Notes: a model not told the origin generated them from the letters alone. A DNA stretch of 64,000 nucleotides from Dehalococcoidia bacterium (GCA_965220565.1 CBDCQG010000001.1:462030-526029), one strand, 5' to 3'. Shown: positions 9,199 to 16,842, numbered from the stretch's first letter. Program-made: numbers and translations.

Positions 9199-9969
9199 AT
9201 GCCATGGACGCATGCGGGCGTAAGCAGACGCCTGAAGTTGCTCGGCGTGCTGGGAATCGTTGGTGGACTGCTGTTGGCCTCCATTACCGTCGCCCTGGCG
9301 CAAGAAGCCCCGGCGGGCGAAGAGAACAGCGTTTCCGCAAGTTTTGAATATGACTCAGGGATCAACCTGAACATCCCGGGATCATTCTTCCCCGGCTTTG
9401 ATGCAGCGGGGTCCCTGATGATTCAGCCTCGCGCGCTGCAAGTGGACGGCAATGAGATGCCGGCGGCCTCCATCACGATTGAGCCGCTTCAGCTGGAAGA
9501 AAGCCAGACGATGCCCACGCTGATTGCGCCCAATCCGAGCAAGCCAAGCGGCAGCACGGCAGAGTACCTGCACCGCGCCGTTTCCGTGTCTGTCAGCATT
9601 GACGGCCAGGATGCGAGCGAAACGGCCCGCTTCAACCCCACCATGATGCTCAATCTGGACCTGACGGATGCCGAATGGGAAGAGGCGGACAATGACCCGG
9701 ATGCGTTCGTCGTTCGCGCTTGGGATGCCGGCAGGAATATGTGGTTGACCGTTGAAACATCCACGAACCCGTTCGATATGGTCGTGACGGCCAAGGTCGC
9801 CCGGGCCGGCCAGTTCGCCCTGTTCAGGGAGGAGCCGCCGCCGCCCATCCAGGGTGGAGACGTTTCACTGAGTTCCATGACCCTGCTGTTCATCGCCATG
9901 CTTGGATTCGCCCTGGCCGGTACCGGCGTCATGCTGGCGCGCGGCACGTTGGGTCGGCGCTCCCGCTAG
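9199..9969 (+). CDS. secreted/anchored hypothetical protein (N-terminal signal peptide, C-terminal TM helix plus basic tail)
   Basis: AGAGGAG SD before ATG 9199; LKLLGVLGIVGGLLLASITVALAQEAP signal-like; C-terminus LLFIAMLGFALAGTGVMLARGTLGRRSR. Confidence 0.55.
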   Translation: MPWTHAGVSRRLKLLGVLGIVGGLLLASITVALAQEAPAGEENSVSASFEYDSGINLNIPGSFFPGFDAAGSLMIQPRALQVDGNEMPAASITIEPLQLEESQTMPTLIAPNPSKPSGSTAEYLHRAVSVSVSIDGQDASETARFNPTMMLNLDLTDAEWEEADNDPDAFVVRAWDAGRNMWLTVETSTNPFDMVVTAKVARAGQFALFREEPPPPIQGGDVSLSSMTLLFIAMLGFALAGTGVMLARGTLGRRSR

Positions 9970-9990
9970 ATTCAGACACGCACGGACTCA

Positions 9991-10035
9991 CGGGGCGCGG
10001 TGGGCCGGGCAGGCCCTCCACGCCCCGTTCCGTTA
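9991..10035 (+). terminator. GC-rich stem-loop, weak terminator candidate
   Basis: CGGGGCG...CGCCCCG stem enclosing GGGCC/GGCCC inner pairing, followed by TTCCGTTATTG. Confidence 0.3.
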
Positions 10036-10045
10036 TTGTGGATAG

Positions 10046-10498
10046 GTGCACACTGATCCCACTGTCGTCGTTCGTGTCGCCTTGCTGCGTGAGGGCGCGC
10101 GCCTGCCGTTCCGTGCCACACCCGGCTCAACGGGCTTTGACGTCTATGCCTGCCTCCACGACGGAGAAGAAGAGATCGTCGTTGGCCCTGACCCGGTACT
10201 GATTCCAACCGGCATCGCCCTTGAGTTCCCTCCAACTCTCGATGTCCAGGTTCGCCCACGCTCCGGCCTCAGCAGCAGGGGAGTGATGAGCACCGTCGGG
10301 ACCATCGACAGCGACTATCGAGGAGAGGTCTTCGTCACCATGTATACCGTGGGGAACCGCCCGCCCCACGTCGTTCGCAGCGGTGACAGGATTGCGCAAA
10401 TGGTCGTCGGAGTCCGCGCCGACGTTTCACTGGAGATCGCGGAAAGCCTTGGGGAGACCGAGCGGGGCGGCGGCGGACACGGCTCGACCGGCGCCTAA
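10046..10498 (+). CDS. dut: dUTP diphosphatase
   Basis: 150 aa, GTG start; dUTPase motifs (ATPGSTGFDV, RSGLSSRGV, GTIDSDYRGEV, GDRIAQMVV). Confidence 0.85.
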   Translation: MHTDPTVVVRVALLREGARLPFRATPGSTGFDVYACLHDGEEEIVVGPDPVLIPTGIALEFPPTLDVQVRPRSGLSSRGVMSTVGTIDSDYRGEVFVTMYTVGNRPPHVVRSGDRIAQMVVGVRADVSLEIAESLGETERGGGGHGSTGA

Positions 10499-10508
10499 CT
10501 CCCGCCGC

Positions 10509-10547
10509 TCATCCTGAGCCTGTCGAAGGGCATGAGCGCCCTCACAC
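10509..10547. repeat. dispersed hairpin repeat, family 3 (CTGAGCCTGTCGAAGGGC core)
   Basis: second copy at 43395-43430; shares CTGAGC...GAAG architecture with family 2. Confidence 0.6.
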
Positions 10548-11369
10548 CTCAAGCGGCGTATCGTCCCGGTTCGCCCATTCCCGCATGGAACCGTCGTAGT
10601 TCCGCGTGCTTTCGTAACCCACAAGCCGCATCACGAATACTCCGTGCGCCGCACGGATGCCGCCCTGTCAATACGTGTAGACGTTCTTGTCCGGCGTGAT
10701 GCCGTGTTCCGAAAGGAGTCGCCGTATCTCGGATGCCGACTTGAACCGGTGCGTCTCGCGGTCCATCAGGTTCAGCCATTCAAGGTGAACGGCGCCGGGG
10801 ATATGCCCCGCTCGCGCGTTGGCGCGGTTGTTGGACCCGTCCCATTCGCCGTCTGTGCGAACGTCCCAAACGACGGAATCCTCAAGCGTGCACGCCTCTT
10901 TCAACCCGTCCACCGTCACCAGCATGGAGTCGTCAAGGTTGGGGGTGAACGTCACGCCCTCCGCCCGCGCCGGTCGCTGGAAACTGATTGTGTGGCCGCC
11001 TGTGACCCAGCCACGCCAGCCGCCGTTCAGGACCCGCGCGTTGCGGTGCCCATACGTGTTGAGCACCCACCACAGGCGCGCTGCCGTCACACTCTGCGCA
11101 TTGTCGTACGAGATCACCACTGTGTCATCGCCGATGCCGAGTCCCTCACACATCTCCTTGAACTGCGCGGGCGTCATCATCAACGTGCGATTCGTGTCGG
11201 GGTCTTTGACGAAGTTGTCCGGGATCAGAACCGAACCCGGGATATGCCCCCGGTTGTAGCCTGCGTCCACGTCGCAATCCACGACGACGACGTTGGCGTC
11301 GTCCAGGTGCTCCGCCAGCCAGTCCGCCTCCACCAGGTATTCCGGATGGGCATAGTTCTCGGTCGTCAT
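10542..11369 (-). CDS. tandem-domain rhodanese sulfurtransferase with in-frame TGA at catalytic Cys codon (candidate selenoprotein; alternatively nonsense pseudogene)
   Basis: ATG at 11367-11369 (MTTENYAHPEYLVEADW) with AAGGGGGG SD; two rhodanese domains; TGA at 10668-10670 falls where RhdA/SseA-type enzymes have active-site Cys (..NVYTY-TGA-QGGIRAAHGVF..); 41 further in-frame codons complete the domain (..GSMREWANRDDTPLEV) to TGA 10542-10544. Confidence 0.6.
10628..10660 (-). promoter_or_regulatory. SECIS-like stem-loop immediately downstream of in-frame TGA
   Basis: mRNA: UGA-CAGGGCGGCAU-CCGUGCGGCGCACGG; hairpin begins 11 nt after UGA; outer GCAUC/GAUGC pairing possible. Confidence 0.35.
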
Positions 11370-11480
11370 CGCGTCCCCCCTTGGCGAGTCTTCCCTGCGC
11401 CCAGGATTCGTCATCGACAGTATGCCACCACAGTGACACTCACCCGCCTGCCTTTTGTGCCGCGCATGTAGAATTGAGGT

Positions 11481-12092
11481 ATGAGCATTATCGACAAGGC
11501 GCAGCGGATGTTCGGCGGCGCGGCAGCAGTGGACAAGGATCGCGTTCCGCCCGGCCAGACCGTCACGCAGAAGTTCCCGGTACTCTCGTACGGAAAGATC
11601 CCCGAGATCGACCTCGCCACGTGGACATTTGAGGTCATCGGCCTCGTCGACAACCCGATCAGCTTCACGTGGGAGCAATTCCTCGCTCGCGCCAACGATG
11701 GCGTCACCGCGGACTTCCACTGCGTCACGGGGTGGTCTCGCCTCGACAATCGATGGGAGGGCGTCTTCGTCCGCGATCTATTCGACGAGGCCCGCATCCG
11801 CCCAACGGCCACCCACGTCATGGCCCACTGCTACGGCGGGTACACAACGAATCTGCCGATAGCGGCGCTGCTGAATCCCGATGTCCTGATTGCTCACCGG
11901 CATGACGGAATGCCGTTGGAAACCGAACACGGCGGACCTGCCCGCCTCATCGTGCCCGACCGTTACGCCTACAAGAGCGCCAAGTGGATCAAGGCGCTGG
12001 AACTTATGCCGGAGAACAAGCGCGGCTTCTGGGAGCTTCACGGCTATAACGGCAACGGAGACCCGTGGCGCTCAGAACGCTACGACTTCTAG
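11481..12092 (+). CDS. sulfite oxidase-family molybdopterin oxidoreductase (MsrP/YedY-like catalytic domain)
   Basis: 203 aa; oxidoreductase molybdopterin-binding domain pattern (FHCVTGWS..., HRHDGMPL, GGPARLIVP); GAGGT SD. Confidence 0.8.
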   Translation: MSIIDKAQRMFGGAAAVDKDRVPPGQTVTQKFPVLSYGKIPEIDLATWTFEVIGLVDNPISFTWEQFLARANDGVTADFHCVTGWSRLDNRWEGVFVRDLFDEARIRPTATHVMAHCYGGYTTNLPIAALLNPDVLIAHRHDGMPLETEHGGPARLIVPDRYAYKSAKWIKALELMPENKRGFWELHGYNGNGDPWRSERYDF

Positions 12093-12096
12093 GCTC

Positions 12097-12471
12097 CTAT
12101 CGCCGCCGCGTGATCTCTACCCAGGCGCTGTCCAGCGTTCCCCTGATGGGCGCGGACGGCTTGCTGACGCGGATGCGCACCTGCTCAATCGGCAGCTCAT
12201 CGAGCAAGCGTTGGGCTGACTCCTCCGCGATGCTCTCCAACAGCGCGTGCGGCGGCCCCTCCACCACTGCCTGCACGATCTCGAATGCCCGTCCATAGTC
12301 GGCCGTGTCATTCAGATCGTCGGAATGTCCCGCGACGGAAAGGTCCGTGGCCATTTCAAGATCGACGACAAATCGCTGTCCGACGGCCTGTTCTTCCGCC
12401 GTCGCGCCATGATGTCCGTAGAACACCATGCCCGCGAGTCCAATGAGGTCCTGCGGTTCGTATTCGTTCAT
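12097..12471 (-). CDS. folB: dihydroneopterin aldolase
   Basis: 124 aa; MVFYGHHG...EQAVGQRFVVDLE signature. Confidence 0.85.
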   Translation of the reverse strand: MNEYEPQDLIGLAGMVFYGHHGATAEEQAVGQRFVVDLEMATDLSVAGHSDDLNDTADYGRAFEIVQAVVEGPPHALLESIAEESAQRLLDELPIEQVRIRVSKPSAPIRGTLDSAWVEITRRR

Positions 12472-12492
12472 TGGAGCGTGCCTCCTGAGAAA

Positions 12493-13353
12493 CTAACGCC
12501 GCCGATAGGGCGGATACCGCGGCGGCATCGGCGGCTCGTAGTAGTCGTCATCATCGTCGTCATCGTACCGGTAGAGCCTGGATCGTCTCGTCTCATACTT
12601 GTTCGGCTGCCACACGCGCTCCCGCCTCAGGATGCGCCATCCTGCAACGATCCCCGCGCCCGCAACAAAGCCGCCAACGTGCGCCCAGTACGCCACGCCT
12701 CCACCGCCTCCGGCCACGACAAGCCCGCCGACGCCCTGGAAGAGCTGAATCACCATCCACATGACCAGCAGCCACACTGCCGGTATCTCCATCACCGTGA
12801 TCAAGCCCATCATGAACAGCGTCCGAACCCGGCGGCGCGGGAATAGCAGCAGATATGCCCCCAGAACTCCGGCGATCGCGCCGCTCGCGCCGATGGCCGG
12901 GATGCTGCTGTCCCAGTTGAACAGGATGTGCGTGGCGGACGCGAGAATGCCGGTTGCCAGGTAGAAAACAAGAAACCCCACGCGCCCGAAATGGTGCTCA
13001 AGGTTGTCGCCGAACACCCAGAGGAAAACCATGTTCCCCAGGATGTGCGCCCATCCGCCGTGCAGGAACATCGACGTGAACAGCGTCATCCATGATGGGA
13101 CGAGAGGCGCGATCGCCGCGTATTCGGGCAGCGACATTATCTGGTCGAACAACTCTCCGTGCGTGAATTCGTAGGGAACCACGCCAAAACGGAAATGGAA
13201 TATCGCCCGCTGCTCCGGGTCGAGGATGATCGTGTACAGGAACGCGAGAGCATTGATGACGATCAGCGTGATGGTCAACCACGGCGCGCCGTGCCGCTCA
13301 CCGGCGTTATCCGAAAGAGGAATCATGACCGCTCCGCTCCGCTGCGGCTGCAA
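12493..13353 (-). CDS. rhomboid family intramembrane serine protease with acidic/Pro-Tyr-rich C-terminal tail
   Basis: 286 aa; GWAHILGNMVFLWVFG, GASGAIAGVLGAY (catalytic Ser), His-containing TM; tail YRYDDDDDDDYYEPPMPPRYPPYRRR. Confidence 0.8.
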   Translation of the reverse strand: MQPQRSGAVMIPLSDNAGERHGAPWLTITLIVINALAFLYTIILDPEQRAIFHFRFGVVPYEFTHGELFDQIMSLPEYAAIAPLVPSWMTLFTSMFLHGGWAHILGNMVFLWVFGDNLEHHFGRVGFLVFYLATGILASATHILFNWDSSIPAIGASGAIAGVLGAYLLLFPRRRVRTLFMMGLITVMEIPAVWLLVMWMVIQLFQGVGGLVVAGGGGGVAYWAHVGGFVAGAGIVAGWRILRRERVWQPNKYETRRSRLYRYDDDDDDDYYEPPMPPRYPPYRRR

Positions 13354-13433
13354 CGCGTCGGCGGCGCTCCCCCGTCTACAATGAAACCCGATGCGCTTTG
13401 GCGCGCGACTCTAACGATGGAAGGCATACACGT

Positions 13434-14642
13434 ATGAGTGGACCACTGGAAGGTCTCCGAATCGTCGATTTAACCCGCATCCTCGCGGGGCCGTTCGCAA
13501 CCATGATTCTATCCGACATGGGCGCGGAGGTCATAAAGGTCGAACGCCCCGAGGGCGGCGACCTCTCTCGCGGCACAGGCCCGTTCTTCGAAGGAGAGAG
13601 CTATTACTTCGTCAGCGTCAACCGCGGCAAACAGAGCGTCAGCATCAACCTCGCTCACCCGGATGGGCAGCAGGCGCTGAAAGACATCGCCGCCGAGTGC
13701 GACGTGCTCGTCGAGAACTTCGTCCCCGGCACGATGGCCAATTTCGGCCTCTCCTACGACGACCTGCAGGCGGTGAACCCCCGCCTCGTCTATTGCTCCA
13801 TCTCCGGCTTCGGCCAGACCGGCCCCTACGCTCAGCGTCCTGCGTTGGACATCATCGTGCAGGCGATGGGCGGCATCATGAGCATCACCGGCGAGCCCAA
13901 CGGCGGCCCCGTCCGCCCCGGCAGCTCGCTCGGAGACATGATTGCCGGTCTCTTTGCAACAACCGCCATCCTCGCCGCCGTGCAGGAACGGGAGCGGAGC
14001 GGGCAGGGGCAGTACATCGACGTTTCGATGCTGGAGTGCCAACTCGCCATCCTTGAGGCCGCCGTCGGGCGATACGTCTCGACAGGCCACGTCCCCGGCC
14101 CCATCGGCACCCGCCACCCCTCGTTCACACCGTTCCAGGCGTTCAAGACGGCGGACGACTGGATCGTTGTGGCGATTGTCGGCGGCGTGAACGACCAGTG
14201 GCCGCTGTTCTGCGCCGCCATCGACCGCGTGGACCTGATCGATGATGTCCGCTACGTCGATGGCTACCACCGCACCCTGAATTACGACCAGCTGATTCCC
14301 GAACTGGAAGCGGCGCTTGCCGCCAAACCCGCCGAGCAATGGCTGCGCGAGCTTGGGCGGCTCGGCATCGCATGCGGCCCCGTCAATCGCATCGACCAGG
14401 TGCTGGCGGACGAGCAGGTCCGGGACCGCGGCGCGATGGTGGACGTTCCTCACTCGCGCGTCGGCAGCATCCCCGTCGTCAACTCGCCCCTGCGCTTCTC
14501 CCGCACCCCCGTCGGCAACCTCGGCCCCGCCCCCGACCTCGGCGAGCACAACGAAACCGTCCTGCAAGGCCTAACCGGCTACACGGAAGAAACGCTGGAA
14601 CGCCTACGCACAGAGGGCGTCATCGTGGCAGAGGAGGGGTGA
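13434..14642 (+). CDS. CoA-transferase family III (CaiB/BaiF) protein
   Basis: ATG 13434 with GGAAGG SD (track ORF begins at upstream TTG 13398); LEGLRIVDLTRILAGPFATMILSDMGAEVIKVE motif. Confidence 0.85.
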   Translation: MSGPLEGLRIVDLTRILAGPFATMILSDMGAEVIKVERPEGGDLSRGTGPFFEGESYYFVSVNRGKQSVSINLAHPDGQQALKDIAAECDVLVENFVPGTMANFGLSYDDLQAVNPRLVYCSISGFGQTGPYAQRPALDIIVQAMGGIMSITGEPNGGPVRPGSSLGDMIAGLFATTAILAAVQERERSGQGQYIDVSMLECQLAILEAAVGRYVSTGHVPGPIGTRHPSFTPFQAFKTADDWIVVAIVGGVNDQWPLFCAAIDRVDLIDDVRYVDGYHRTLNYDQLIPELEAALAAKPAEQWLRELGRLGIACGPVNRIDQVLADEQVRDRGAMVDVPHSRVGSIPVVNSPLRFSRTPVGNLGPAPDLGEHNETVLQGLTGYTEETLERLRTEGVIVAEEG

Positions 14643-14655
14643 TGGGGTAGGGACG

Positions 14656-15726
14656 CTAATCCCCGTTCACTTCGTCACAGATTTGCCTAAGCAGGTTGAT
14701 GACAGCGTCATCAAAAGGGCCTGTTTTATATGGCCGAGGATTAGATGACGGCCAACCCCAAGCGAACTTCTCAGATAACGCTTGCCAGGCTAGGGGCGCT
14801 CTTTCTTGCGCATTCGAAGAGGTCTCTAAAGCCACAGCACCGTTAAGGCAGTAAATGGTGTAGAGAAAATGATTGTCTTGTGACCGCACACTAAGGGTGG
14901 CGCCTCGCTCTATACGGTGGCTCCAGACCCTGATGGATTGCTTCTCTGACAGTTCCTTTACAAGACTGATCACGTTTCTAAAGTCGTCTTGTTGTGTGGA
15001 CGCAAGCTCATTGACGGTATCGACGAATTTGTCAATATTTTCCACCAACGGATCCGAGGATGTGTTCCGTTGCTGAGCCTGCGTCTCCTGCTCACGGTTA
15101 CGTGCCGTGACCAGATAGTCTTGAGCCTCCGGCAACGGAATGACTTGATCAATGTCTAGTAGAAGCTTGCCCTCATGCCGGTACGCTCGGACTCGGACGC
15201 ATCTGATATCCAACCCCATCTCGTTCAGCCAGAGGACTGATGTTGTGATTTCCTTGTTGAAATCCTCGGAGACGAGAATAATGCGCGGGCGCTCTGTGGC
15301 GATCGAGAAGTCGCCATCTTCTGCCGTCAGGTTAAGATGTTCACGGATTCGTTCTTCAGCCGACTCATTGATGTTCTTGTTTCTCAAGTAGCGAGCGTGA
15401 CCGTCAATGATGCTCTGTGTCTGGAAATTTGCCAGCATCGCCGCATAGCGAATTGCCTGCAACTCCATATGAACGCCGTCACCGCGTTTCAACTCGACAA
15501 CGACCAAATTCCCGGATGAGTCAATGCAAAGCAGGTCAATGTATCGCCAGGCGTCCTCCCAATCCGTGAATTCGTCGGCGATAACGAATAGACCTTCCTC
15601 AATGAATTCTGGGTGCTCGCGGAGAGCTTCTTGGAGGTCCGCCTCTGCGACACTTTCTTCGTGGAATGACGTCCGGTCAATCCCAGTCAAAGTCTTGTTA
15701 GTCATTTCATAGAGCATCCGCTTCAC
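14656..15726 (-). CDS. PD-(D/E)XK nuclease, DUF91/NucS-like N-domain plus about 190-aa C-terminal domain of unknown function
   Basis: 356 aa in a 42-52% GC patch; IDLLCIDSSGNLVVVELKRGDG...ELQAIRYAAM resembles RecB-like D..(D/E)xK nuclease core; no recognisable motifs in C-terminal half. Confidence 0.6.
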   Translation of the reverse strand: MKRMLYEMTNKTLTGIDRTSFHEESVAEADLQEALREHPEFIEEGLFVIADEFTDWEDAWRYIDLLCIDSSGNLVVVELKRGDGVHMELQAIRYAAMLANFQTQSIIDGHARYLRNKNINESAEERIREHLNLTAEDGDFSIATERPRIILVSEDFNKEITTSVLWLNEMGLDIRCVRVRAYRHEGKLLLDIDQVIPLPEAQDYLVTARNREQETQAQQRNTSSDPLVENIDKFVDTVNELASTQQDDFRNVISLVKELSEKQSIRVWSHRIERGATLSVRSQDNHFLYTIYCLNGAVALETSSNAQERAPLAWQALSEKFAWGWPSSNPRPYKTGPFDDAVINLLRQICDEVNGD

Positions 15727-15775
15727 TTCCTTGTTCGCAATTGCCGATCCCCAAACACTTTACTGCCCCCCCTAT

Positions 15776-16090
15776 TCATGAGACTCCCATCCCCTCCCGC
15801 GGCCGTATCTCCTGTAACTGATCCGCCTCAGCGTGTTCAGCATGATAAAGGTCCCAGCGTAGTTGCAGATTCATCCAGAAACCCGGGGAATTGCCGAAGA
15901 ACCGGGCAAGTCGCAGGGCAGTGCTTGGTGTCACACCTCGGCGGCCCCGCACAATCTCATTCACTCGTTGATACGGCACCCTAATCGCCTCGGCCAGGTC
16001 ATGCTGAGTCATCTCCATGGGGTCGAGGAACTCTTGCAACAACATCGCGCCGGGGTGCGTCGGCTCCCTATCTGTCGGAATGCGTACCAT
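15776..16090 (-). CDS. HigA-family HTH (XRE) antitoxin-like protein
   Basis: 104 aa; PTHPGAMLLQEFLDPMEMTQHDLAEAIRVPYQRVNEIVRGRRGVTPSTALRLARFFGNSPGFWMNLQ matches HigA/VapI antidote family. Confidence 0.75.
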   Translation of the reverse strand: MVRIPTDREPTHPGAMLLQEFLDPMEMTQHDLAEAIRVPYQRVNEIVRGRRGVTPSTALRLARFFGNSPGFWMNLQLRWDLYHAEHAEADQLQEIRPREGMGVS

Positions 16091-16112
16091 GTCTTTTCAC
16101 CATTGATGTAGA

Positions 16113-16191
16113 TGGCGTCCCCGGTGGGACTCGAACCCACAACCTGCGGATTAGAAGTCCGCTGCTCTGTCCGGTTGAGCTACAGGGACGC
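16113..16191 (-). tRNA. tRNA-Arg (anticodon TCT)
   Basis: reverse complement gives GCGTCCCTGTAGCTCAACCGGACAGAGCAGCGGACTTCTAATCCGCAGGTTGTGGGTTCGAGTCCCACCGGGGACGCCA; 7-nt anticodon loop CTTCTAA; CCA encoded. Confidence 0.85.
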
Positions 16192-16299
16192 GCTGAGGTC
16201 GCGGCATCCCATCCATGATAGCGCCGCGAATCTACGGGCGAAGCCGTGTGTGTTTCGCAGCCTGTCGGTAAAGGACCAGGTCGCGGCAGCCTTGCGCTC

Positions 16300-16842
16300 T
16301 TACGCGCTGGATTCGGCAGACTCGTTCTGCGGCGGCGGAGCGTCCACCACGTCCGGCAGCCACGTATACACGCGATGGAGCGGTCTGCCTGCCCCTCCCA
16401 ACTGGGACACGCTCTTGATCTCCAGCCCGCCGATGTCGGCTTTCGTCGTCCACTTGCGCTGGACGACCGCGCCCGCCCTGAACGAGCCGATGAGCGCCAG
16501 GGCCGACAGCCCCATCGCCTGCGGCAGCCGCCCAACCCGGTTTCGTGTGCCGAGGATCATCCCCGTCAGCAGGGCAGTCGTCATGCCGCCAAGCAGGAAA
16601 TTCGTGCCGCAGAACGGCGAAATCGCCAGGTGGGATTCCCCCGCCCGCAGCCGCTCGACGGCCTCTTTCGCCGCGTCCTCGATGCGGTCTGCCGTCGTGG
16701 GGCCATAGACGAAGAACCCGTCCTGCTTGGCGCTGCCGCCGAGCCGGCCAAACTGGTCATATTTGCGACCGAGCACGGCAATCGTCGCGTGCTCAATCGC
16801 GTGGTTCTGTCGGATGCGGTCTATCAACTCAAGAATATCCAT
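16300..16842 (-). CDS. hypothetical protein
   Basis: ORF 16300..16881; probable start at MDILELIDRIRQNHAIEHATIAVLG (16842); no recognised motifs. Confidence 0.4.
   Translation of the reverse strand: MDILELIDRIRQNHAIEHATIAVLGRKYDQFGRLGGSAKQDGFFVYGPTTADRIEDAAKEAVERLRAGESHLAISPFCGTNFLLGGMTTALLTGMILGTRNRVGRLPQAMGLSALALIGSFRAGAVVQRKWTTKADIGGLEIKSVSQLGGAGRPLHRVYTWLPDVVDAPPPQNESAESSA

Noticed and set aside
10668-11720. Track ORF giving the rhodanese a 117-aa N-terminal extension (MEVRGDAIV...)
   Set aside because: The extension has no rhodanese homology and overlaps the divergent promoter region and the neighbouring gene start. A conserved start (MTTENYAHPEYL) with an SD exists at 11369.
14620-14700. 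Direct repeat of the tRNA-Arg 3' end as an att site at the far end of the low-GC islet
   Set aside because: Only a 7-nt match (GGGACGC) to the tRNA 3' half was found near 14650, which is not convincing; the islet may be a decayed remnant.
16112-16708. 198-aa plus-strand ORF overlapping tRNA-Arg and the hypothetical gene
   Set aside because: It overlaps a tRNA on the opposite strand, has low-complexity translation and no start context.
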